The notes under the pieces were generated by a model. It saw only the letters and a list, made by a program, of their open reading frames with translations. It was not told the DNA's origin and ran no database searches. A stretch of 63,495 nt of DNA, the filler included. It is 5 parts of 5 records of this genome, joined end to end, with 100 filler letters (N's around TTAATTAATTAA, not from the genome) between each part and the next. Parts side by side here need not be neighbours in the genome. Positions count along the whole stretch, not along the records: positions 1 to 21,195 come from SRR22947725_2408; 4 more parts are not named here. The stretch is one strand, 5' to 3'. The translations under genes and the position numbers were made by a program. The stretch's first letter is position 1, and every line of letters begins with the position of its first letter. Below, piece after piece: positions 10,541 to 19,681 of the stretch.

Positions 10541-12091
10541 TTAAATATGTATCACTTTACCTTTTCCATCAAAGAAACGGTAATGTAGATATGTATACGC
10601 ATCGCGTGGCATCACTTTGATCCACTTGTTGTACTCGAAGTACCACTTCATACGCTCTGACTTCATCCCTTTAGCAACATAAGCTGCTATAAAAGGGTGT
10701 AAGTGCAACACAACTTTTTTCTTTTTGTGTTTCGGATTTGCTAAAATCTTTTCTAAGTCAGATTTGATTTTGTCAATTAATACAATTGGCGCTTCAACCT
10801 CTCCATTAATGTTGGGGTTTGGCTCACTTGTTTTAATATCCATTTCAGGTCGGACGCGTTGTCGTGTCATTTGAATCAGTCCGATTCTACTTGGAGGTAG
10901 AATTTTATGTTTGGCACGATCACTTTCCATTTCTTTTCTGAAGTGTTCGAAAAGCTTTTTCCTATTTTCTTGACGTATCATGTCAATGAAATCAATAACT
11001 ATAATCCCGCCCATATCGCGTAAACGCAGTTGGCGAGCTATTTCTGTGGCAGCAATCATGTTTACCTCTAATGCGGTATCTTCTTGATTCTTGGCTTTGT
11101 TAGAGCGGTTGCCACTATTGACATCTATAACGTGAAGGGCTTCGGTATGCTCGACAATTAAATAAGCGCCTCTGTTCATAGAAACGGTGCGTCCAAAGGA
11201 CGCTTTAATTTGTCGTTCAATTCCGAAGTGTTCAAAAATTGGAATGTCGCTTTTGTAGAGTTTTGCTATTGCCGCCCTTTCAGGTGCAATTTGCTCTAAA
11301 TACTCTTTTACTTCTGTTAAAAGTTCAGGGTCGTCTACATGTATGCCGGTAAATTCATCGTCAAAGATATCCCGTAAAATAGAAGAGGCTCTATTGAGCT
11401 CACTCAGTACTCTAGAGGGGTAATCTGCTTTTTGGATTTTTTTACACATTTGAACCCAACGATTATAAAGATCTTCTAAATCTTTGTCGAGTTCGGCTAC
11501 TTTCTTGCCTTCTGCCACGGTTCTGATAATAACACCAAAACCTTTTGGCTTAATACTCATCACAAGCTTCTTTAAGCGGTTCTTTTCTTCTCGTGTAGAA
11601 ATTTTTTGTGACATGGATACACGGTCCGAAAAAGGAACTAATACCAAATACCTCCCCGCCAAGGACAATTCCGAACTAATACGGGGACCTTTGGTGGAAA
11701 TAGGTTCTTTGATAATTTGAACAAGTAGAGATTGATTGGCCTGAATAGCGTCAGTAATGACACCATCTTTACTAATTTCAGGCTCTAGCGGGTAGTTCTT
11801 AAGCGAAAAGTCCTTGACTTTTCCAGAACTGGCACGTTTGATAAATTTTAATAGCGTGGCTACTTTAGGGCCTAAGTCATGATAATGCAAAAACGCATCT
11901 TTTTCATATCCTACGTTAACAAACGCAGCATTTAAACCCGAAAGGGTTTTCTTAACTTTTGCTAAAAAAATATCACCTACGTGAAATTTATTATCTTCAA
12001 TTTCTTTGTGAAACTCAACGAGCTTTCCGTCTTTGAGTAAGGCAAAATCAACTGCAGAGGATCGTGAACGAATAATTAGTTCTTTACTCAC
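10541..12091 (-). CDS. rng: Ribonuclease G/E family protein
   Basis: S1 domain; IDVNSG and LRLRDMGGIIVIDFIDM catalytic motifs; GTG start. Confidence 0.93.
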   Translation of the reverse strand: MSKELIIRSRSSAVDFALLKDGKLVEFHKEIEDNKFHVGDIFLAKVKKTLSGLNAAFVNVGYEKDAFLHYHDLGPKVATLLKFIKRASSGKVKDFSLKNYPLEPEISKDGVITDAIQANQSLLVQIIKEPISTKGPRISSELSLAGRYLVLVPFSDRVSMSQKISTREEKNRLKKLVMSIKPKGFGVIIRTVAEGKKVAELDKDLEDLYNRWVQMCKKIQKADYPSRVLSELNRASSILRDIFDDEFTGIHVDDPELLTEVKEYLEQIAPERAAIAKLYKSDIPIFEHFGIERQIKASFGRTVSMNRGAYLIVEHTEALHVIDVNSGNRSNKAKNQEDTALEVNMIAATEIARQLRLRDMGGIIVIDFIDMIRQENRKKLFEHFRKEMESDRAKHKILPPSRIGLIQMTRQRVRPEMDIKTSEPNPNINGEVEAPIVLIDKIKSDLEKILANPKHKKKKVVLHLHPFIAAYVAKGMKSERMKWYFEYNKWIKVMPRDAYTYLHYRFFDGKGKVIHI

Positions 12092-12223
12092 AATTATGAT
12101 TTTTTTGTTCCATAGCTATGGAACAGATTGAACAATTTATACTGTGGAAATTTTTTTAGAGGGAACAATTCTAAAATAAATCTCATGTCAAGGAACTTGA
12201 GTGTTCAGGGGGTTAAAGAAGTG

Positions 12224-12313
12224 TTACTTTTTCTTATGTCGATTAGCACGACTTCTCTTTTTACGCTTGTGCGTGGCTACCTTGTGTCTTTTACGTTTTT
12301 TACCACTTGGCAT
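12224..12313 (-). CDS. Small ribosomal protein bS22 (mS38/COX24-like), missing from the ORF track
   Basis: Manual translation gives MPSGKKRKRHKVATHKRKKRSRANRHKKK* (29 aa), between HU and rng. Confidence 0.88.
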   Translation of the reverse strand: MPSGKKRKRHKVATHKRKKRSRANRHKKK

Positions 12314-12348
12314 ATGTTATGTTCTAAATAATTAATATAATGTGGACG

Positions 12349-12639
12349 TTATTTGACGGCCACGTTTGTTTTAACTTGCTCCAAAAAATCCTTTGCAGGT
12401 TTAAATGAAGGTATATTGTGTGCTGGGATATCAATGGTAACGTTTTTCGAAATGTTACGCCCTTTTTTAGCTTTTCGTGTTTTAATCACAAAGCTTCCAA
12501 AACCGCGTAAATACACGTTTTCACCAGATTCTTGTGCACCTTTAACTTCTTTCATAAAATGATTTACAATTGCTTGCACATCATTCTTTTCAACTCCCAA
12601 TTTATCGGAAATGTTTGATACAATTTCGGCTTTTGTCAT
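12349..12639 (-). CDS. HU/IHF family DNA-binding protein
   Basis: MTKAEIV...VYLRGFGSF...GRNI...IPA..IPSFKP. Confidence 0.95.
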   Translation of the reverse strand: MTKAEIVSNISDKLGVEKNDVQAIVNHFMKEVKGAQESGENVYLRGFGSFVIKTRKAKKGRNISKNVTIDIPAHNIPSFKPAKDFLEQVKTNVAVK

Positions 12640-12675
12640 CCTTAAATTCTTGTGTGGTTGTAAATTTTAGGTGTG

Positions 12676-12683
12676 CAAATATA
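12676..12683 (-). promoter_or_regulatory. Bacteroidota -7 promoter box for HU-bS22-rng
   Basis: TATATTTG on the minus strand, 37 nt upstream of the HU start. Confidence 0.6.
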
Positions 12684-12753
12684 AAAATTTAATTGATACC
12701 TTATGTCTCACTTTAGCATACATAACTCATTCATTGCATGTATTTTTGCCTAG

Positions 12754-13788
12754 ATGAACACTTTTACTTCAAATTTGCTTGTTTGGTACCAATCAAACAG
12801 GCGTCAGTTACCGTGGCGTAAGACCAAGGATCCTTATGCGATTTGGCTGTCAGAAGTTATCATGCAACAGACGCGGGTAGCACAAGGAACGCCCTATTTT
12901 GAGCGTTTTCTTTCGTGTTACCCTACGGTCAATGACTTGGCCCATGCAAAAGAGGATGATGTTCTAAAACTTTGGCAAGGTTTAGGATATTATTCCAGGG
13001 CAAGGAACTTACATAAAGCCGCAAAAGAAGTTTCTTTTCACTTAGACGGTATATTTCCATCTTCCTACAATGCCTTGTTAAAACTACCAGGGGTTGGTGC
13101 TTACACAGCAAGCGCAATTGCTTCAATATGTTTTGACGAGTCTACTGCTGTAGTTGACGGCAACGTTTACCGAGTTTTGGCTCGTTACTTTGATATAGAC
13201 ACCCCGATAAATCAATCGAAAGGGGCACGTCTTTTTCAAGAGCTAGCACAAACCCTAATCGATCCGCATAATCCAGGGGAGTACAATCAGGCCATTATGG
13301 AGTTTGGCGCCCTACAATGTACCCCTAAGCAGCCTCTGTGTACAACATGCCCTGTTGCAGGCACTTGCCAATCGTTACAAAACAACTCCATAGCAGAGCG
13401 CCCTCAAAAAATAAAGGCAAAGCCTGCCAAAAAGCGTTTCTTCCATTACCTGATTCCATTTGATAAGAATAATAATACGTTGCTACTCAAAAGAGAAGGG
13501 AAGGGTATTTGGGAAGGCCTTAATGAATTTCCTCTAATTGAAGCGGATTCTCTCTTGGAGGAGGAACAATTAAAAGCACATTCCAACGCACCAAGTTGGT
13601 CAAGGACGGCCAAATGGACGCTTTTTGAAGAAGAAGCTGTAATTCATAAGCTATCACACCAAACACTCTACACCCATTTTTGGATTTTAGAAGATATCCC
13701 AGAGTCATTACCTTTGCCATGGAACGCTGTTAAAGACTACGGGGTACCCCGTTTGATTGAACGCTTTTTGCAGAAGTTCAGCCGATAA
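12754..13788 (+). CDS. mutY: A/G-specific adenine glycosylase
   Basis: WLSEVIMQQT, WQGLGYYSRARN, HhH LPGVG, VVDGNV, Fe-S motif C-x6-C-x2-C-x5-C. Confidence 0.97.
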   Translation: MNTFTSNLLVWYQSNRRQLPWRKTKDPYAIWLSEVIMQQTRVAQGTPYFERFLSCYPTVNDLAHAKEDDVLKLWQGLGYYSRARNLHKAAKEVSFHLDGIFPSSYNALLKLPGVGAYTASAIASICFDESTAVVDGNVYRVLARYFDIDTPINQSKGARLFQELAQTLIDPHNPGEYNQAIMEFGALQCTPKQPLCTTCPVAGTCQSLQNNSIAERPQKIKAKPAKKRFFHYLIPFDKNNNTLLLKREGKGIWEGLNEFPLIEADSLLEEEQLKAHSNAPSWSRTAKWTLFEEEAVIHKLSHQTLYTHFWILEDIPESLPLPWNAVKDYGVPRLIERFLQKFSR

Positions 13789-13812
13789 TGTACATTTGAT
13801 GTAAAATCTATC

Positions 13813-14250
13813 ATGAGCGGAACACTAAATAAAGTAATGTTAATAGGGCACCTCGGCGACGACATTAAAGTGACCTATTTTGAAGGTGGTAACTGCCTTG
13901 GCCGATTTCCTATAGCAACTAATGAAACCTATACGAGCAAACAAACAGGTGAAAAGGTAACCAATACTGAATGGCATAATGTAGTGGTTAGAAATAAAGC
14001 AGCTGAGATTTGTGAAAAGTACACAAAAAAAGGAGATCGAATCTATGTAGAAGGACGCATCAAGACCCGTAAATGGCAAGGAGAGGACGGAAAAGATCGT
14101 TATTCTACAGAAATTCACGTAGATGATTTTACATTCCTTACCCAAAGACCTACTGACAGCCAAGCTGCGGCATCTCCTTCGCAAGAACCCCCACAACAAC
14201 AGCCCCCTCAGGCTAGCCAGTCTTCAAGTAATGATGACTTGCCATTTTAA
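13813..14250 (+). CDS. ssb: Single-stranded DNA-binding protein
   Basis: LNKVMLIG, TEWH OB fold, DDLPF tail. Confidence 0.97.
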   Translation: MSGTLNKVMLIGHLGDDIKVTYFEGGNCLGRFPIATNETYTSKQTGEKVTNTEWHNVVVRNKAAEICEKYTKKGDRIYVEGRIKTRKWQGEDGKDRYSTEIHVDDFTFLTQRPTDSQAAASPSQEPPQQQPPQASQSSSNDDLPF

Positions 14251-14257
14251 AGCGTAA

Positions 14258-15556
14258 TTGTTGGACATACCCTATTTGGTTTTTAGTTTTGAAACAGTAG
14301 AAACGGCAAAAGTATTTTTGTTGCTTATACTGCTTATTTGTTCAGCGCTTATTTCTGGATCTGAAGTAGCTTTTTTCTCACTCTCTCCTTCTTATATTAG
14401 GGAAGCCTCAACAGCATCCAATAAGTCTGAACGTATTATTGCACATTTGCGAAAAAACCCAAGAAGGTTATTGGCTATTATTTTATTGCTCAACAATTTG
14501 ATTAATATCGCCACGGTGCTTGTTTTTGCATCACTCACCTCCTTGCTTTTTGAAGCTATTTCACAGCCCTGGCTTCAGTTTCTATTAGAAATTGGGATTA
14601 TTACTGCTGTTGTGCTTTTGTTTGGGGAAATTTTACCTAAAGTATATGCAAATAAGAACCCAGAGGGGTTCGCCAGACGAATGGCATTGCCCATTTACGC
14701 ACTTGATCAATATGTATTTTTTGCGCTTACTTACCCTATGAGTTATATTACAATGATTCTTCAAAAGCGTTTAGCGAATACGACTACAAATATTTCTGTA
14801 GATCATCTTTCTCAAGCCCTTGAAATGACTGATGCTGGAGAAACTACTAAGGATGAGCAAAAAATTCTGAAGGGTATTGTTACTTTTGGTACTACAGAAA
14901 CCAAACAAGTGATGTGTCCTAGAATTGATGTTTTTGCTCTGGAAGAGCAAACGACATTTGGTCAAGTGGTACAGCAAGTAGTTGATAAAGGATTTTCAAG
15001 AGTACCCATTTATCGCGAAACAATTGACTCGGTTATTGGCGTTTTGTATGTGAAGGATTTGCTTCCGTATTTGGAAGAAGAAAACATGGATTGGACCAGC
15101 CTACTTCGCGAGCCGTACTACGTCCCTGAAAATAAAAAATTAGATGATTTATTAGAGGAGTTCCAATCTAAGCGCATTCACTTGGCAATTGTTGTTGATG
15201 AGTACGGAGGTACTTCTGGGGTCATTTCTCTTGAAGATGTTATTGAACAAATTGTTGGAGATATTAGTGACGAATTTGACGAAACCAATATCAGTTATTC
15301 AAAACTTAATGATAGCACGTTTGTGTTTGACGGCAAAACTTCGTTGAAGGATTTTTATAGTGTACTCAAATTAACGAATGTTGCTGCCTTTGAGGCTAAA
15401 AAAGGGGAGTCGGAAACTATTGCCGGTTTTGTTCTTGAACAATTGGGCTCATTTCCTAAAACAAATACAGCATTTCGATTTGAGAATGTCGTTTTTACGA
15501 TTGAAGCAGTAGACAGAAAGCGAATAAAACAACTTAAAGTTCAAATTCAATTATGA
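14258..15556 (+). CDS. gldE: Gliding motility-associated GldE (DUF21-CBS-CorC/HlyC)
   Basis: SGSEVAFFSL, FGEILPK, CBS pair with VVDEYGG; mutY-ssb-gldE-gldD order; TTG start. Confidence 0.88.
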   Translation: MLDIPYLVFSFETVETAKVFLLLILLICSALISGSEVAFFSLSPSYIREASTASNKSERIIAHLRKNPRRLLAIILLLNNLINIATVLVFASLTSLLFEAISQPWLQFLLEIGIITAVVLLFGEILPKVYANKNPEGFARRMALPIYALDQYVFFALTYPMSYITMILQKRLANTTTNISVDHLSQALEMTDAGETTKDEQKILKGIVTFGTTETKQVMCPRIDVFALEEQTTFGQVVQQVVDKGFSRVPIYRETIDSVIGVLYVKDLLPYLEEENMDWTSLLREPYYVPENKKLDDLLEEFQSKRIHLAIVVDEYGGTSGVISLEDVIEQIVGDISDEFDETNISYSKLNDSTFVFDGKTSLKDFYSVLKLTNVAAFEAKKGESETIAGFVLEQLGSFPKTNTAFRFENVVFTIEAVDRKRIKQLKVQIQL

Positions 15557-16116
15557 AACAAGGTTTGCTTTTTATGCTTTTTATCCTAGGCTGCCAATCT
15601 ACAGTACCCAAGCCTAAGGCTCAATTGGATTTGGCGTATCCCAAGGCTATTTATAAGACCTACAAAAGCCCTTGCACCTACCAGTTTAAACACAATGATA
15701 TTTCTAATCCCAACGCACTGTCTGCATGCAGTACCACACTTGAATATCCGTTACTTCAAGCGAAGTTATATCTCACTTACTTTGATTTAACCCAAACATC
15801 GTTAGACACTTTGCTGTTGGATTTTGATAAGCGCCTTCAGCTTTTTGGTAAAACCGCATCCAAGGCTCAAGAAAGCGCTTTTGAAAGCAAGCAAAACAAT
15901 GTTTTAGGATCTTGTGTTATGCTTGTTGGAAATTCTCCGTCAAATCTACACTTCTTTGGCACGGACGCTAAGAACCACTTTTTAACGGGATCATTGCTTT
16001 TTGAATCCACGCCAAATTATGATTCGTTGGCTCCAGCCATTGCATACATTAAAAATGATGTACAACTACTCCTTGAATCTTTAAAGTGGGAGCAAGAAAA
16101 AACTATTTCTTTTTAG
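15553..16116 (+). CDS. gldD: Gliding motility lipoprotein GldD
   Basis: Lipobox LGC, PKPKA.L.L.YP, HFLTGSL.F, PNYDS; overlaps the gldE stop. Confidence 0.88.
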   Translation: MKQGLLFMLFILGCQSTVPKPKAQLDLAYPKAIYKTYKSPCTYQFKHNDISNPNALSACSTTLEYPLLQAKLYLTYFDLTQTSLDTLLLDFDKRLQLFGKTASKAQESAFESKQNNVLGSCVMLVGNSPSNLHFFGTDAKNHFLTGSLLFESTPNYDSLAPAIAYIKNDVQLLLESLKWEQEKTISF

Positions 16117-16639
16117 AAGCGCAACACGCTTTTGTACAAGATTTGTCGCAAGTCTTTTTTTCCATGTGCTTTTTATCAGAAGCACAACACGCTTTTGTAC
16201 AAGATTTGTCACAGTTCTTCTTTTTGGCACAACAAGGCTTTTTACAGTTGGCATCACACTTTTTCACGATCTTATCAAGCATGTTTGGTGAACTAGCTTG
16301 CGCTTCACCTACTTTATAGTCTTCACCAAGAGCTTTTATGGTATTACTAATTGCTTCAAACGATATTATTGAAGCATCAAAGGATACATGTGCAGTTTTA
16401 GTATCAAAATCCACTTTTGAAAGCGCCACACCTTCAGATGCAGCAATCTTTTTTTCAATGCGAGCAGCGCAACCTATTTCACATGTCATTCCTTCAATAG
16501 GAAATGAAATATGCGTAAGGTTAGCAGACATTTCTACACGATCATGATCTTCATGAGATACGGTCTTCTTTTCAGTTTTGGGGGTGGTTGTACAGCCAAC
16601 AATTAAGGCTAACAACATAAGGATTATAGGGCTTTTCAT
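16103..16639 (-). CDS. Lipoprotein with heavy-metal-associated (HMA) domain and Cys/Lys-rich C-terminal repeats
   Basis: Start MKSPII with lipobox LIVGC; IEGMTCEIGC HMA motif; three C-x3-C-x3-CC units. Confidence 0.85.
   Translation of the reverse strand: MKSPIILMLLALIVGCTTTPKTEKKTVSHEDHDRVEMSANLTHISFPIEGMTCEIGCAARIEKKIAASEGVALSKVDFDTKTAHVSFDASIISFEAISNTIKALGEDYKVGEAQASSPNMLDKIVKKCDANCKKPCCAKKKNCDKSCTKACCASDKKHMEKKTCDKSCTKACCASKKK
16115..16213. repeat. Coding direct repeat (2 x ~36 nt, period 63 nt)
   Basis: AGAAGCRCAACACGCTTTTGTACAAGATTTGTCRCA at 16115 and 16178. Confidence 0.9.
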
Positions 16640-16708
16640 TATATTATATTTACTCAAATGTAGTGAAAATTTTATTGCTTTATTTCTTTTCACCATGTTT
16701 GCATAACA

Positions 16709-17596
16709 ATGAAAATCATTCCTCAAAATAAATGGATTTACTTGGGAATTCTTTCCTTGATTTGGGGGAGTTCTTATATTTTGATAAAGCGTGGACTTGT
16801 AGGACTTAGCCCCATCGAGTTGGGAAGCGTTCGTATAATATTTAGCACTATTTTTTTAATATTAATGGGATTTAACTCTCTCAAAGGTCTTTCTAAAAAG
16901 CAATGGAAATGGCTTATTATCACAGGATTCCTAGGCACCTTTTTTCCTTCCTTCTTTTTTGCATTTGCACAACAGTATATCGATTCATCCGTAGCTGCCA
17001 TAATGAATTCATTAACGCCCATATTTACCTTGCTTGTAGGGGTCTTTTTTTTTACTACTGTAGTTTTTGCACGCCAATACATTGGCGTTGCTTTAGGTTT
17101 CCTAGGGTCTTTGGGTTTGATTTTAGGAGGTACTGACATTAATGGAGAACAACCAATAGGATATGTGTTGCTTATTATTTGTGCGTCTATGTGTTATGCC
17201 GTAAACATTTACTTTTTAAAACATAAGCTTGCTAAAGTTTCTCCAATGGCGATGACACTTGGGAATTTTATTGCCATTTTACCTCCTGCAGTAATTTTAC
17301 TTCTTTTCTCAAATTTCTTTGAAATACAAAATTTAAAAACCCAAGAGGTGTTAACTAGCTTGGGCTTTATTGCATTACTTGCTTTTTTTGGTACAGCAAT
17401 CGCTAAGGTTATGTTTAACCAATTTGTAAAAATGGCATCTGCAGTTTTTGTTTCATCAGTCACTTACACCCTCCCCATCATAGCCCTTTTTTGGGGAACT
17501 TTAGATGGGGAGCGTATAAATGGGATTCAAATTATTGCTACTGCAGTTATTCTAATAGGAGTGTCTATGGCAAATAAGAAAAAGAACCCCCATTAG
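16709..17596 (+). CDS. EamA/DMT family transporter
   Basis: IWGSS start, about 10 TM in two repeats, NSLTPIFT. Confidence 0.9.
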   Translation: MKIIPQNKWIYLGILSLIWGSSYILIKRGLVGLSPIELGSVRIIFSTIFLILMGFNSLKGLSKKQWKWLIITGFLGTFFPSFFFAFAQQYIDSSVAAIMNSLTPIFTLLVGVFFFTTVVFARQYIGVALGFLGSLGLILGGTDINGEQPIGYVLLIICASMCYAVNIYFLKHKLAKVSPMAMTLGNFIAILPPAVILLLFSNFFEIQNLKTQEVLTSLGFIALLAFFGTAIAKVMFNQFVKMASAVFVSSVTYTLPIIALFWGTLDGERINGIQIIATAVILIGVSMANKKKNPH

Positions 17597-17601
17597 TTTA
17601 A

Positions 17602-19671
17602 TTAATTAAAGTCAGCATCTCCCACTTGTGGGTTTACTTCTACGTCGCTTATTTCCAAAATAATAGCCTGCCCCCCTAGATCAAAACTTTTTTTACTTGG
17701 TAGTATAAGTCCTGATTGTTGTGTGTATTCCGAATAATCTGTGCTATTTGTTTGCATCTGTCCGTTAAAATTCACCAACGAGCTTTCGCGCACCTTATAT
17801 CCAGTTTCTACACTGTAATAAAATGTGTAGCTAACCCCTGTACCTGCGAGCTTAATCACATAGGCATCTTGTCCATCAATGTTTTCAACACCCTCAAGGG
17901 TTGCCTCATCATTTTCTAACAATGCAATTTCAGTAAGCGCACCAAAAGTCTTTTTAAGGTCATCGTGAATGACTTTAGGAAGCTCCATTGCGTTTGGCCC
18001 TTGTTTAATCTGTGCACTTGTGGTAGAAACCATGCTTGTCATCATTGTATTTCCGCCTACAGAAACGACTTGTTTTTGTCCCATTGTAGCAGTTAACTCC
18101 TCTACTTTTATAGACATTTGCATAAATTCTCCCTCATAAGTGAGCTTCAATGATTCAAGATTTTCAACTGCACTTGCTCCAATTTTCTCTAAATAGGAAC
18201 TCAAAACACTTTTGACAGTGACTCCTTCACCAACAGCAGCTTTGGAAGGCCTATCAATGGGAATCCCATATTTATTATAATAAGAAACCGCTAGTTGTTC
18301 GCCATTGAAAGTTACTTTTTCAAGGTTGTCTAAAACTTCTGTTCCCTTTCCTGTCACAATCACTCTCGCCTGATTTACATCAAAGTATTTTTGCGCAACG
18401 CGCTTAACATCTTCTGCGGTTACTTCATTAATTTTATCAAGATAATTTTCATAGAAATCACTGCTTAAGCCTTCAGTTGCAATATTTAGAGCAAACTGTG
18501 CTATCGTTGATGGTTTTTCAACCGACCGTACAAACCCTCCCACATATTTAGCTTTAGCCTTTTTAAGTTCTTTCTCAGTAACCAAATCTGTACGAATGCG
18601 CTTGATTTCACTCAAAAGCTCTACCACAGCACTATCGGTTACTTCGTTACGCACACTTGCAGTTGCTCTAAAGCGAGTAGCTGTACGTTTGTTGTCGCCA
18701 ATACTTGAGTAAGATCCATAAGTATACCCTTTGTCCTCACGTAAGTTTAAAAACAACCGAGCTTCACCACCACCGCCTAAGATGGAATTTGCCATCAACA
18801 CGGGGAAATAATCGGCGTCTTTTTTTGTAAGATATGTGGTGCTTTGCACTACCACCTCAGACTGAACGGCATTGGGCATATCTACAAAATCAATTTGAGT
18901 ACGTTTTGGATTTACAACGGCTGGTAGTGGACTAGATGCAACGGGGTTAGCTTTCCATTTGCCAAAATATTTTTTCACTAATGGTTTTACGGTTTCTATG
19001 TCAATATCGCCTACAATGATTAAATACGCATTGTTTGGTCTAAACCTAAAATCATAGAACCGTTGAGCATCTTCAAGTTTAACATTGTATACCGTTCCTG
19101 ATGTTGTGTATTCTCCATAGGGGTGCTTATCTCCGTATGCCAGCAAGTCTTCAACTCGTCTAGCTGCAGAAGTCACATTTTTTTCATCTGATTTAATGTC
19201 ATCAATTAAAATGTCACGTTCTTTAACAAGCTCCTCTTCTGTGAAGTTTGGATTGATTGCAGCATCTGCCATCATTTCAAAAACTCTTGGGAAATACCGT
19301 GTTAGGGATTGAGAAAAAGCTCCCGATGTCCCAATATTAAGATTGGCACCCATAAAGTCAACTTCATCATAAAAGTCATCTTTTGTTATTTTTTTAGAAC
19401 CTTTACCCATTAGGCTTCCGGTAAGCTGACTAAGTCCAGATTTTATTCCCTCAAGAATAGGAGGATTGTCTAGGGTTAGATTTACGCTTACTTGTGGGAG
19501 TTTATGGTTTTCAACAACCATAACGGTAAGCCCGTTTTTGAGGGTGTACTGTTGTGGCTGTTTAATCTGAATTGCAGGAGCAGGCCCCGGAACAGGCTGT
19601 TGACTTCGGTCAATTTGTGCAACGACCGAACAAGTAATCAATAATGTAAGTAAATAGAGTAATTTTTTCAT
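17602..19671 (-). CDS. M16 family peptidase, non-catalytic subunit with extra C-terminal domain
   Basis: LKNGLTV, RLFLNLREDKGYTYG; no HXXEH; signal peptide from MKKLLY. Confidence 0.85.
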   Translation of the reverse strand: MKKLLYLLTLLITCSVVAQIDRSQQPVPGPAPAIQIKQPQQYTLKNGLTVMVVENHKLPQVSVNLTLDNPPILEGIKSGLSQLTGSLMGKGSKKITKDDFYDEVDFMGANLNIGTSGAFSQSLTRYFPRVFEMMADAAINPNFTEEELVKERDILIDDIKSDEKNVTSAARRVEDLLAYGDKHPYGEYTTSGTVYNVKLEDAQRFYDFRFRPNNAYLIIVGDIDIETVKPLVKKYFGKWKANPVASSPLPAVVNPKRTQIDFVDMPNAVQSEVVVQSTTYLTKKDADYFPVLMANSILGGGGEARLFLNLREDKGYTYGSYSSIGDNKRTATRFRATASVRNEVTDSAVVELLSEIKRIRTDLVTEKELKKAKAKYVGGFVRSVEKPSTIAQFALNIATEGLSSDFYENYLDKINEVTAEDVKRVAQKYFDVNQARVIVTGKGTEVLDNLEKVTFNGEQLAVSYYNKYGIPIDRPSKAAVGEGVTVKSVLSSYLEKIGASAVENLESLKLTYEGEFMQMSIKVEELTATMGQKQVVSVGGNTMMTSMVSTTSAQIKQGPNAMELPKVIHDDLKKTFGALTEIALLENDEATLEGVENIDGQDAYVIKLAGTGVSYTFYYSVETGYKVRESSLVNFNGQMQTNSTDYSEYTQQSGLILPSKKSFDLGGQAIILEISDVEVNPQVGDADFN

Positions 19672-19681
19672 GAGCCGTGCT

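Noticed and set aside
16115-16260. 36-nt direct repeats with a 27-nt spacer, superficially CRISPR-like
   Set aside because: Only two good copies, in frame within a Cys-rich coding tail, differing at synonymous positions; no cas genes
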